Part shown: positions 15,489 to 23,952 of the stretch, one piece after another
Position numbering within the stretch: position 1 is the first letter of the stretch
Layout: each line of letters opens with the position of its first letter
Program-made: the position numbers and the translations under genes
NCBI RefSeq assembly: GCF_000172995.2
Contig: NC_014729.1
Location: forward strand, 600,001 to 632,000
Length of the DNA: 32,000 nt
Reading direction: 5' to 3'
From: Halogeometricum borinquense DSM 11551
GTDB taxonomy: Archaea > Halobacteriota > Halobacteria > Halobacteriales > Haloferacaceae
Notes under the pieces: generated by a model
Told to the model about the DNA's origin: nothing
The model's input: the letters and a program-made list of their open reading frames with translations, nothing else
Databases searched by the model: none

Positions 15489-15495
15489 AAAAAAA
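15489..15495 (-). terminator. T7 run about 35 nt downstream of the TrpD-like gene stop
   Basis: The plus strand has A7 at 15489..15495, which is TTTTTTT on the minus strand. It lies in the 63-bp gap before the M20 gene start and could also contribute to that gene's T/A-rich promoter. Confidence 0.35.
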
Positions 15496-15529
15496 CGCGA
15501 GGAAAGCGGAGAGATACCGACGACCGGCT

Positions 15530-16603
15530 TCAGAACTCGCGGAGGTCTTCGAGAACCGCTTCGGCGGCGCCCGACTCGATGCTCTCGCGGGCCATTTCCA
15601 GCCCTTCTTCGAGCGTTTCCGCGTCCTCGCGGGCGTAGATACGGAACGCCGCGTTAAGTTCGATTGCGTCGGCGAAGTGGTCGTCTCTGTCGCCCGTGAT
15701 GACGCTCTCGGTGATCTCCGCGGAGTCGTCTGCGACGTCGTCGGGGTCTACTTCGAGGTCTTCGGTCTCGAAGTCCATCCCGTACTCGGCCGTCTCGATC
15801 TCGAAGTCGGTGAACTCGCCGTCGGTGGACTCTCCGACTTTCGTGTAGCCGGGACGGATGTCGTCGTAGCCTTCCATTCCTTGGAACATGACGACGCGGC
15901 GCGGGCTGAGTTGCTCGGACTGCTCGAACGTATCGACGACTTTCTTGGCGAACGCGAGGTGGTAGAAGCTGCCGAGGTGAACGTCCGCCTTTGCGGGGTT
16001 AGCGATGGTTTCGATGGTGTTGACGAACGTGCGCACGCCCATCTGGTCGCGGCGCTCCCACAGGTCGTGAATCACGGGATTGAACGCGGGTTGGTAGTAG
16101 AAGCCGAATCCGGTCTCGTCCACTTGGTCGGCGCTCTCTTCCGGCGAGAGTTCCGTTCGGATACCAAGTTCGTCAAGGACGTGCTTGTAGGCGTCCTGTT
16201 TCTGCGTCGGCACTCGGTCACCCGAGTGGGCGACGACCGGCGTGCCCGCACCCGCGGCGACGATGCCCGCGGCGGCACCCAAGATAGCCGTCTTCCCTTT
16301 GCCGTCGTAGTTGGCTCCGCAGTCTACGGGGTCGGCGTCGGGTTCGGCATACTCGACGTGTTCGCACATCACGTCGGTGTAGGCAGCGAGTTCCTCGGCG
16401 TTGTTGTGCTTCCACCGGTTCGCCAGCCAGAACGCGCCCAGCGTCGTGTGGTCGGGTTCTCCGGCGAGGATTCGTTGCATCGCCTCCGTCGCCTGCTCGC
16501 GCGTCATGTCCTCGGCGGACTTCACGCCCGTCCCGACCACCTCGGTCATGAGTCGCTTCAACGGCCACTCCCCGAACTCCGGAGATTCCGGCGCTTGTGC
16601 CAT
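15530..16603 (-). CDS. glycosyl-transferase family 3 (anthranilate phosphoribosyltransferase-like) protein with non-canonical PRPP motif, 357 aa
   Basis: ATG at 16603. The TrpD-like layout has an N-terminal helical domain (REQATEAMQRILAGEPDHTTLGAFWLANRWK). Where TrpD has D-x-x-GTGGDG and KHGNR, this protein has DCGANYDGKGKT and AHSGDR. Confidence 0.65.
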   Translation of the reverse strand: MAQAPESPEFGEWPLKRLMTEVVGTGVKSAEDMTREQATEAMQRILAGEPDHTTLGAFWLANRWKHNNAEELAAYTDVMCEHVEYAEPDADPVDCGANYDGKGKTAILGAAAGIVAAGAGTPVVAHSGDRVPTQKQDAYKHVLDELGIRTELSPEESADQVDETGFGFYYQPAFNPVIHDLWERRDQMGVRTFVNTIETIANPAKADVHLGSFYHLAFAKKVVDTFEQSEQLSPRRVVMFQGMEGYDDIRPGYTKVGESTDGEFTDFEIETAEYGMDFETEDLEVDPDDVADDSAEITESVITGDRDDHFADAIELNAAFRIYAREDAETLEEGLEMARESIESGAAEAVLEDLREF

Positions 16604-16749
16604 AGTTCAGCGTTGCGGACGATAGCCCAAAAGTGGTCCGTTAGCGATGGCAGATTAGAGAGTTGTCGTCGCTTACTAGTTTCAATCGTCTTTACGATCC
16701 GTCGCTCGAACCCGAAATAGGTACCTTCTCTGAGTCCTGAAAGCCACCA

Positions 16750-17793
16750 ATGAGCGCACTCGCGGACGACTGGCGCGCCGATTTGGACGAGGTGGACGCG
16801 ACCCTCATCGACGAGTACCAGAGCGGATTTCCGGTCGTCGAACGTCCGTTCGACGTTCTCGGCGAAGTACTCGGCGTCTCCGAAGATGAGGCGCTTGCCC
16901 GTGTCCGTTCTCTCCGCGAGAAGGGCATCTTCCGCCGCTTCGGTGCCGTGTTGAATCCGCCAGTCATCGGTAGCTCGACGCTCGCCGCCGTCTCCGCACC
17001 CGAGGACCGCTTTGAGGAGGTGGCAGAGGTGATAAACGGCTACCGACAAGTGAACCACAACTACCGCCGCGACCACGAGTGGAATATGTGGTTCGTCGTT
17101 ACCGCCGCCTCCCGCAAGAAGCGCGACGAGATTCTGGCAGAGATCGAAGAGCAGACCGGTCTCACCGTACTCAACCTCCCGATGCTCACGGACTACTACA
17201 TCGATCTCGAATTTCCGGTGATGAACGACGACCGGTTCGCCCGCGAGAGTCTCTCGGAGACGGCGGTGAACGCCACGCGCATCTCCGAGGAGGCGACAGG
17301 CAACCTGTCCTCGCTTGACGCCGCTGTCCTCGTGGAGATTCAGGACGGATTTCCGCTTTCTGCGACACCGTACCGCGACGTGGCCGACGCGGTCGATGCC
17401 GACGTAGACGACGTACTCGCCGCCATTCAGCGACTCCTCGACGACGGGTGTATCAAACGCATCGGTTGCATCGTCAACCACGTAATCACCGGTTTCGACG
17501 CCAACTGTATGGTCGTCTGGGACGTGCCCGACGACGAACTCGATGTCCGCGGTGAGGATGTGGGCCGACTGCCGTACGTCACGCTTTGTTATCACCGACC
17601 CCGCCGTCCCGAACAGGACTGGCAGTACAGCCTGTTCACGATGATCCACGGCCGTGAAGCCGACGCCGTGGACGAGAAGATAGACGAACTGGCGGCCGAG
17701 CATCTCCCGTTCGACCACGAACGCCTGTACTCGACGGAGACGCTGAAACAGACGGGCGCACAGTACGAGGAACTGGTCGGCTCCGAGGAGTGA
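16750..17793 (+). CDS. siroheme decarboxylase, fused two-module AhbA/AhbB (NirD/L/G/H-like, Lrp/AsnC-fold), 347 aa
   Basis: ATG at 16750. Two tandem repeats have the same architecture. The first is LIDEYQSGFPVVERPFDVLGEVLGVSEDEALARVRSLREKGIFRRFGAVLNP...VNHNYRRDHEWNMWFVV. The second is VLVEIQDGFPLSATPYRDVADAVDADVDDVLAAIQRLLDDGCIKRIGCIVNH...LCYHRPRRPEQDWQYSLFTMIHG. This is characteristic of alternative heme / heme d1 pathway decarboxylases. Confidence 0.7.
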   Translation: MSALADDWRADLDEVDATLIDEYQSGFPVVERPFDVLGEVLGVSEDEALARVRSLREKGIFRRFGAVLNPPVIGSSTLAAVSAPEDRFEEVAEVINGYRQVNHNYRRDHEWNMWFVVTAASRKKRDEILAEIEEQTGLTVLNLPMLTDYYIDLEFPVMNDDRFARESLSETAVNATRISEEATGNLSSLDAAVLVEIQDGFPLSATPYRDVADAVDADVDDVLAAIQRLLDDGCIKRIGCIVNHVITGFDANCMVVWDVPDDELDVRGEDVGRLPYVTLCYHRPRRPEQDWQYSLFTMIHGREADAVDEKIDELAAEHLPFDHERLYSTETLKQTGAQYEELVGSEE

Positions 17794-17843
17794 GTCCGGA
17801 CCCGTATTTCCGCCCCCTTGACCGGACGGCGACGTCAGAATTG

Positions 17844-17851
17844 TTTTAATT
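17844..17851 (+). promoter_or_regulatory. TATA box (TTTTAATT) at -29..-22 from ATG 17873; predicts a leaderless mRNA
   Basis: This is the only A/T-rich block in the 79-bp gap after the siroheme decarboxylase gene, and its spacing to the ATG is correct. Confidence 0.45.
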
Positions 17852-17872
17852 GGGTGACACCACGTCTGAGAT

Positions 17873-18190
17873 ATGCCCTCCGACGCAGACGAGAGTAGCC
17901 ACCAGAGCGACCGGAACGACGGTCAGGAACTCCTCGATGCGCTCGACGCCATCGGTATCGACCGGATGAACGAACTGATTCTGGACGCGTGGGGACAAGT
18001 GGACTGGGACGACATGGACGGCACCGATGAACCAATGCCGAGAGCCGACGATTCGGACACGGACATTCGGGCAGAGACAGACACCGATTCAGCGTCGGTC
18101 ACCGATTCCGCGTCGGTCACCGATTCAGCGTCGGTCACAGATACTGAGCAGGGCGCGAATTCGGATACGAACACAGAGTCGGACGTATGA
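17873..18190 (+). CDS. very acidic 105-aa protein with DSASVT x3 tandem repeat, function unknown
   Basis: ATG at 17873 with a TATA box upstream. The sequence is MPSDADESSHQSDRNDGQELLDALDAIGIDRMNELILDAWGQVDWDDMDGTDEP...TDSASVTDSASVTDSASVTDTEQGANSDTNTESDV. Its stop overlaps the next start (ATGA at 18187..18190). Confidence 0.6.
   Translation: MPSDADESSHQSDRNDGQELLDALDAIGIDRMNELILDAWGQVDWDDMDGTDEPMPRADDSDTDIRAETDTDSASVTDSASVTDSASVTDTEQGANSDTNTESDV
18086..18139 (+). repeat. 3 x 18-bp in-frame tandem repeat (gattcAgcgtcggtcacc / gattcCgcgtcggtcacc / gattcAgcgtcggtcacA)
   Basis: Read directly from the sequence. The copies differ by one base each and encode DSASVT three times. Confidence 0.9.
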
Positions 18191-18546
18191 ACACTGACAG
18201 CGTGAAATCCGAGTGGCTTTTCGCCGTCGCTATCGTCGCCCTCGGTTTCGTGTTCTTGGACATGCCGGTACGACCCTTCGAATACGCGACCTGCGGTATC
18301 GTCTTCGCAGGTACTCTCCTGAGCGTCTTCGATTCGATTCGAGAGCATTGGGTGTTCCGCGTCGTCGTCGCCAGCGCCTTCCTCGGCGTCGCAGGTGTCA
18401 AGTTCGGCTATGCGATATGGCTCGCGTATTCGTTAGAGCAGCACTTCGTCATGACGGCGGTGGGACTTGACGGTATGTTCGCGTCGGTGTTTCTTGCTAG
18501 TTACCTCGGCCAACTGTATCGAGACCGGCGCGAACGGACAGGGTGA
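18187..18546 (+). CDS. 4-TM membrane protein (119 aa), translationally coupled to the acidic repeat protein
   Basis: The ATG at 18187 overlaps the upstream TGA. Hydrophobic segments are WLFAVAIVALGFVFL, ATCGIVFAGTLLSVF, VFRVVVASAFLGVAGV and MTAVGLDGMFASVFLASYLG. The C-terminus is basic (RDRRERTG). Confidence 0.6.
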   Translation: MNTDSVKSEWLFAVAIVALGFVFLDMPVRPFEYATCGIVFAGTLLSVFDSIREHWVFRVVVASAFLGVAGVKFGYAIWLAYSLEQHFVMTAVGLDGMFASVFLASYLGQLYRDRRERTG

Positions 18547-18611
18547 GAACTCGAAGCCACATCAGTAGATTTCGTACCATCGCCTCCACGCCAGTCGATA
18601 CCGTCTCGTCG

Positions 18612-19061
18612 TCAGTCGTTACTGAGTCGGTCCGACAGTATTCGGGAGACAACGTGAACGGTGAGGCCGACGACACTCCCGAAGATGACGGTCTGGATAG
18701 TGACCGGCGAGACGTCGTACGCGAACGAAGTTCCGAACACGAGCGCGGTGAACCCAAGCACGAGGACGAGGCGGTACGCGCCACCGAGGTTGCGGAACCA
18801 CGCGCCAAAGCGGCGGCCGGGTTCGGTCGATGCGACCGGTCCGAGGGCGAGAACCGTCACCGCGAAGCCTGCGGCGACGAGTGCGGGCGAGATGCTGTTC
18901 ATCTCGTCTAACGTGGACGCCGAACTCAGGAGGGAAGCCCCGGCTAACACGAGGTTGAGAACTGGCCGCGTCTTCGGTCCGGTTGCAGCGTCGGGCGTGG
19001 CGGTGGTGGAGGGCAGCGGTCCTATTTGATGAACTGACAACAAAAGCCTGCGGTCCCGCAC
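18612..19061 (-). CDS. 4-TM membrane protein (149 aa), start abuts the PHP gene stop
   Basis: The GTG at 19061 follows immediately after the TGA of the PHP gene (19062..19064). TM segments are VLNLVLAGASLLSSA, ISPALVAAGFAVTVLALGPV, YRLVLVLGFTALVFGTSFA and IQTVIFGSVVGLTVHVV. The exact start is uncertain. Confidence 0.5.
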   Translation of the reverse strand: MRDRRLLLSVHQIGPLPSTTATPDAATGPKTRPVLNLVLAGASLLSSASTLDEMNSISPALVAAGFAVTVLALGPVASTEPGRRFGAWFRNLGGAYRLVLVLGFTALVFGTSFAYDVSPVTIQTVIFGSVVGLTVHVVSRILSDRLSND

Positions 19062-19883
19062 TCACCGCGAGAACGGCGAGACGCGGTAGAGCGTCCGTGC
19101 GGCCTGTACAACGCCCGTCTTGGCGACGGAGCCGCTCTTTCTGACGCCTAGTTTAGCGAAGTAGCCGCTCTTCCTGAGCCCTGCACCCGCGTAGTGGCGC
19201 GCACTGGTCGGGATAGGCGTCCGGCGGCCTTCGACGCGTGTCGCGCCGTCGCGGATGGCATCGAGAATTACGTCGGCGGTGAGTCCAACGCGCTGTACGT
19301 CGGGAATGTCGATTTCGGTGTACGCACGGCCGACGTACCCGACTTTGTGTGCGTCGCTTCCGGCGACGCCCGGATATCCACCGCTCCGGGCGAACCGGCG
19401 GGCGCGGCGGTTCTTCCAGCCGGTGAATAGCCACGAGTTGTACACCTCGATGGCGTCGGGTTCGACACCCTGAAGCCGTTTTTTCCGGATTCCGTGGCGA
19501 CTCCGCTGGAAGGGATGCGGGATGATGGCGACGCCACCGCGGTCGCGTACCCACTCAATCGTTTCTTTCATCGGAGCGCGGCGTGGCGGCATCTCGCGGA
19601 CGCCGAGGGCGAGGAGGTGGCCGTCCGCCGTCGAAACTTCCACGCCGGGGATGCCGACGAGTCCGTACATGGGGGCCAGTTCCGCCGCACGAACCGACTC
19701 GTGGATGACATCGTGGTCGGTGATGACGACGGCATCGAGGCCGATTTCGGCGGCCTGTTCCAATATCAGCTCCACGGGATCGTGTGCGTCGTACGACGCG
19801 TCGGAGTGAACGTGGGGATCAATGCGGACGGTAAGAGACACGGACGTTCTTTCGCGTTCGTCAGCAAAAAATCGTCGGATCAT
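19062..19883 (-). CDS. PHP-domain metal-dependent phosphoesterase (273 aa)
   Basis: ATG at 19883. PHP motifs are present: RIDPHVHSDASYDA, GLDAVVITDHD, AIIPHPF and GVAGSDAHK. Confidence 0.8.
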   Translation of the reverse strand: MIRRFFADERERTSVSLTVRIDPHVHSDASYDAHDPVELILEQAAEIGLDAVVITDHDVIHESVRAAELAPMYGLVGIPGVEVSTADGHLLALGVREMPPRRAPMKETIEWVRDRGGVAIIPHPFQRSRHGIRKKRLQGVEPDAIEVYNSWLFTGWKNRRARRFARSGGYPGVAGSDAHKVGYVGRAYTEIDIPDVQRVGLTADVILDAIRDGATRVEGRRTPIPTSARHYAGAGLRKSGYFAKLGVRKSGSVAKTGVVQAARTLYRVSPFSR

Positions 19884-20046
19884 ATGACAACATGAGTCAC
19901 ATGAATGATGGCGTCCGCTCTATTCCCGGGTTAGACGCCCGTTCGGACGTTTCGTTTGCGCTCGTGTTCCAAGGTATAATTGACAAATTAAATATAATAT
20001 ATTGTTTCAGCGAGCTTTTACCCGGTCTTGTATGCTACTCTGTTTC

Positions 20047-21795
20047 ATGGGTTCGATAGATAGATTCCGCGAAACCGTGCCGCTGGCGGAACTCGAACGC
20101 GAAGGTCGCGTACAGACGAGCGTCGATGGACGCGCACTGGCGCTCTTTCATCACGAAGGCGAGATTCGCGTCGTTGACAACCGTTGTCCGCATATGGGAT
20201 TCCCACTCTCGGAGGGAAGCGTCGAGGACGGCGTGCTGACCTGTCACTGGCATCACGCACGTTTTGAGCTCTCCTGTGGCGACACGTTCGATCCGTGGGC
20301 CGACGACGTGCAGACGTTCCCTGTCGAGATTCGTGACGGATCCGTCTACGTTGACCCACACCCTGAACCGGACGAACCGCCCGCGGAACACTGGATGCGG
20401 CGACTCGAAGACGGACTCGAACAGAACCTTCGTCTCGTCGTCGCCAAATCCGCAATCGGCCTCGCGGACGCCGGAGTGTCGTCGGATGCGGTGGTCGAAC
20501 GCGGCGTTCGGTTCGGTTCGCGCTACCGCGAGAGCGGATGGGGGCCGGGTCTGACTATTCTCGCCGCGATGCGGAACGTCCTCCCTGATCTCGCAGACGA
20601 TGACCGCAAACGAGCGTTGTATCAGGGTCTCGTCCACGTCGCCGGTGACTGTGCCGATGCACCACCGCGATTCGACCAGGAGCCGTTTGACACCGAGGAC
20701 GTGTCCTTCGAACGCCTGAAGGCGTGGTTCCGCGAGAATATCAAAGTCCGCGACGCCGACGGTGCCGAACGCGTGCTCCGAACCGCAATCGCCAACGGTG
20801 CCGACGATGCCCACCTCGCCGAGATGTTGGTCGCGGCGGCGACGGATCACCGCTATCTGAACACCGGGCACACGCTAGACTTCGTCAACAAAGCCTGCGA
20901 AGTACTCGACCACGTCGGTTGGGACCATGGGGACGCTGTTCTGCCGAGTCTTATCGAGGGGATGGCGACCGCCACCCGCGCCGAGGAGCGGTCATCGTGG
21001 CGGCAACCCGTAGACCTCGCCGCGATGGTTTCAGAGACGTTTGCGGACCTCGACTCGCTGGTCGAATCGGGAGCGGGAACGGAGTGGTCGCCGCCTGCGT
21101 CGTTCACTGAAACGTTGCTGTCTGACGACCCTGAGATAGTCGTCGCAGCGCTTGAAGATGCGATTCGTGAGGGTGCGTCGGTCGAAGCGCTCGCCCGCGA
21201 GGTAGCGTTCGCCGCTGGGACGCGCGTCGCACAGTTCGCCACCGTCAACGAGTTCTCGGACTGGAACACCGTCCACCACACGTTCACCTACGCGAACGCT
21301 GTCCACCAGCTAGCTCGCAGAACCGGCGCTCGAGAACTCTACCGCGGCGTATTCGACGCCGCGATCAACGTCTACCTCGACCGCTTCTTGAACACCCCAC
21401 CCGCGCCACTCCCGCGCCCGGCATCGTCCACAGAGACCGATCTGTCGGTCCACCTCGACGAACTCCTCGACTCGTTCGACGTGGAAGGCGAGGTGGACGA
21501 GGCAGGCAGGCGCGCCGCCCACTACCTCGACTGCGGTGGCGACGTGAGTCTCCTGCGTGAACGACTCGCTGAATCGCTTCTTCGTGAAGACGCTGGGTTC
21601 CACACGTACCAAGCGCTGGAAGCCGGATTCACGCAGGCCGAACTCCGCGATAGCCCCGAGGAAGTCAGGACACTTCTTGTCGCTGTCGCGCGCTATCTCT
21701 CTGCGCACTTCCCGACGCGCCGCGAACGCGAGCAGACGTTCACTATCGCGGCGCGACTCCACCGCGGCGAGAAGATTCACGAGGAGGGACAGTAA
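20047..21795 (+). CDS. Rieske [2Fe-2S] domain protein with about 460-aa helical C-terminal domain of unknown function (582 aa)
   Basis: The ATG at 20047 gives MGSIDRFRETVPLAELEREGRV. The Rieske ligands are CPHMGFPL (CxH) and CHWHHARF (CxxH). The remainder is Ala/Leu/Asp-rich with no motif I recognise. TTTTA at 20016..20020 is spaced for a leaderless start. Confidence 0.75.
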   Translation: MGSIDRFRETVPLAELEREGRVQTSVDGRALALFHHEGEIRVVDNRCPHMGFPLSEGSVEDGVLTCHWHHARFELSCGDTFDPWADDVQTFPVEIRDGSVYVDPHPEPDEPPAEHWMRRLEDGLEQNLRLVVAKSAIGLADAGVSSDAVVERGVRFGSRYRESGWGPGLTILAAMRNVLPDLADDDRKRALYQGLVHVAGDCADAPPRFDQEPFDTEDVSFERLKAWFRENIKVRDADGAERVLRTAIANGADDAHLAEMLVAAATDHRYLNTGHTLDFVNKACEVLDHVGWDHGDAVLPSLIEGMATATRAEERSSWRQPVDLAAMVSETFADLDSLVESGAGTEWSPPASFTETLLSDDPEIVVAALEDAIREGASVEALAREVAFAAGTRVAQFATVNEFSDWNTVHHTFTYANAVHQLARRTGARELYRGVFDAAINVYLDRFLNTPPAPLPRPASSTETDLSVHLDELLDSFDVEGEVDEAGRRAAHYLDCGGDVSLLRERLAESLLREDAGFHTYQALEAGFTQAELRDSPEEVRTLLVAVARYLSAHFPTRREREQTFTIAARLHRGEKIHEEGQ

Positions 21796-21817
21796 GTACG
21801 AGGCGTCCAGAGCGGCC

Positions 21818-22858
21818 TCACTCGGCTCTGCCGACGATTCGCTCGGCCGCTTCGTGGCCGTTCCAGAGGGCGTGATGCACACGGCCTTCGCCAACTACCC
21901 AGTCACCCGCAAAGAACAGCCCCGCGTCCTCCGTCGCTCGAACCGCGTCGGTATCGACGCCGTCGTTCGGAAGCGCGTACCGCCACCCTTGATCATCCAC
22001 CCAATCGGGGTCGGCGTATCTGTCGTCGTCGAGCAGTTCCGCGACGAGTGCGGCCGCGTCGTCGCCCGCTTCCGCCAGCGGGTCGTCGTAGCGCTCTGCG
22101 GACCACTCGGGACTCATCTGTGCGATGAGAAGGCTCTCGCCGTCGGGCACGTGACCGTCTTTGCACTCCTCACGCGAGACCCACCCGACTTCGTGCGCTT
22201 TGTCCACGTTCACGAGACCGTACCACGAGTATTCCTCGCGGAACGGGTAATGAAGGACGAACGTACGAATGGTCCGGTACGAGACATCCGAAACCGCGGC
22301 AGTCGCGTCTCCGAGCCTCTCGCCGTCCCACTCGGTCGCTCGCAGAATCTCGGCCGTCTGTGGCGCGGGCGGTGTGAGAAGGAGGCGGTCAAACGGACCG
22401 TGTGTTTCTCCCTCTGTGTCGATGAGTGACCACGTCGCCTCCGAGTCGTCGCAGACGATGGATTCAACCCGAGTTTCTCGACGTACCTCAGCGTCGGTTC
22501 GTGCCAGGAGTCGCTTCGCCAACTGAGTGATTCCCTCCGTCCACGTCCACTTGTGTGAATCTCCGTCGTCGCCCTCGGTAATCTCTCCGCTCTCATCGAA
22601 CACCCAGACGGGCTTTTCGATATCCACTACGCCATCGGTTCCGAGGTCACGAATCAGCGACTCGGTACGCTGGTCGGATTCTTTGATGTAATTCGCGCCG
22701 TGGTCGTAGTAGCAGTCGTGTTTTCGCCGGGTCGCAGCACGTCCGCAGACGCCGCGACTCTTCTCTACGATGGTCACCTCGGCGTCCGCGTTGCGGAGGG
22801 CGTAGGCCGCACCGACGCCGGCCGCACCCGCACCGACGATACCGACTCTGAGTGTCAT
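21818..22858 (-). CDS. NAD(P)/FAD-dependent oxidoreductase, amine-oxidase/renalase-like (346 aa)
   Basis: The ATG at 22858 gives MTLRVGIVGAGAAGVGAAYALRNADAEVTIVEKSRGVCGRAATRR (GxGxxG followed by an acidic residue). The C-terminal FFAGDW flavin-binding motif is present. Confidence 0.75.
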   Translation of the reverse strand: MTLRVGIVGAGAAGVGAAYALRNADAEVTIVEKSRGVCGRAATRRKHDCYYDHGANYIKESDQRTESLIRDLGTDGVVDIEKPVWVFDESGEITEGDDGDSHKWTWTEGITQLAKRLLARTDAEVRRETRVESIVCDDSEATWSLIDTEGETHGPFDRLLLTPPAPQTAEILRATEWDGERLGDATAAVSDVSYRTIRTFVLHYPFREEYSWYGLVNVDKAHEVGWVSREECKDGHVPDGESLLIAQMSPEWSAERYDDPLAEAGDDAAALVAELLDDDRYADPDWVDDQGWRYALPNDGVDTDAVRATEDAGLFFAGDWVVGEGRVHHALWNGHEAAERIVGRAE

Positions 22859-22989
22859 CGCTTCCCCTCGCAGTCGTCTGATTTCGTCGTCTCGATCATG
22901 GAGTCGAGTTAGGACCCGCCCCGTTTTACCGTTCGGGCGTCGGCACCACATCCCCGACAGCTATTATCGGCCCACTCTCCAGCACATCC

Positions 22990-23694
22990 ATGCAGTACGA
23001 TGCGGTCATCTTCGACAACGATGGCGTCCTCGTGCGATTGTCTCCCCTTGCGGTGCTTCGAGAGGCGTCGCGCGCGGCGTTTGAGGCCGTCGGCGTGACC
23101 GATCCCGCGGCAGAACACGTCGAACAGATGATGCTCGGCGTGACGCCTGCCGACGTACGCGAAGTGAGTGAGGTGTACAGTCTCGACCCCGACGCGTTTT
23201 GGGCGGCACGCGACGGCGCGGCGGCCGACGCCCAAATCTCCGAGATGCGTGACGGCCGACTGTCGTGCTACGACGACGTGGCGGCGCTTGAACACATCCG
23301 CGCTCCACGCGGCATCGTCAGCACGAACCAACAGGAGACTATCGACGCCGTTCTCGACCATCACGATTTCTCGCATCTGTTTGCGACAGCGTACGGCCGC
23401 GAACCGACGATAGAGAGCCTTCGGCGAAAGAAACCGGAACCACACTACCTCGAACGCGCGATGGCCGACCTGGACGCCGAGACGGCCCTGTTCGTCGGCG
23501 ACAGCGAGACGGACGTGCTGGCGGCCCACCGCGCCGGCATCGACTCCGCGTTCATCCGCCGTCCGCACCGTTCGGACACCGAACTGGATGCGTCGCCGAC
23601 GTACGAAATCGAGACGCTGTACGATATCCACGCTATCGACGGCGTGCCGGTCGCTGACGCCGCGGCGGATGGGGGAACCGAGGGGAAGCGTTGA
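22990..23694 (+). CDS. HAD-superfamily hydrolase (234 aa)
   Basis: ATG at 22990. Motif I is AVIFDNDGVLV, motif II is the IVSTN region, and motif IV is FVGDSETDVLAAHRAG. Confidence 0.8.
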   Translation: MQYDAVIFDNDGVLVRLSPLAVLREASRAAFEAVGVTDPAAEHVEQMMLGVTPADVREVSEVYSLDPDAFWAARDGAAADAQISEMRDGRLSCYDDVAALEHIRAPRGIVSTNQQETIDAVLDHHDFSHLFATAYGREPTIESLRRKKPEPHYLERAMADLDAETALFVGDSETDVLAAHRAGIDSAFIRRPHRSDTELDASPTYEIETLYDIHAIDGVPVADAAADGGTEGKR

Positions 23695-23952
23695 TGGCGG
23701 ATTCGGCCCCTCAAAGACGGGATGACTGTCGTCGGCGATGCACTCGTCAGCGCGGGTGCGCGCGAACGGCTTTGCTGTCATTCCGAAGGTACGTTCTGCG
23801 TCGCATCGCCGCGTGAATCTCGACGCCCGATGAACCTCGAACGTAATGCGGACGAAATTGCCCGTATCGATGCCGTAGACTGCCCGTGAGTTGTTCTCTG
23901 AGTGACACACTCCCCCGGAACGGTTATAAGCCACAATACGGAGAGTAGCGGT

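Noticed and set aside
15410-16720. 436-aa plus-strand ORF
   Set aside because: It is antisense to the TrpD-like gene. The sequence is rich in Arg, Val, Gly and Leu with no motifs, which is a typical high-GC shadow frame.
16558-17718. 386-aa minus-strand ORF
   Set aside because: It is antisense to the siroheme decarboxylase gene, which has clear duplicated Lrp/AsnC-like modules. The composition (many V, H, R, G) is typical of shadow frames.
20035-20871. 278-aa minus-strand ORF
   Set aside because: It is antisense to the Rieske protein gene and has no motifs.
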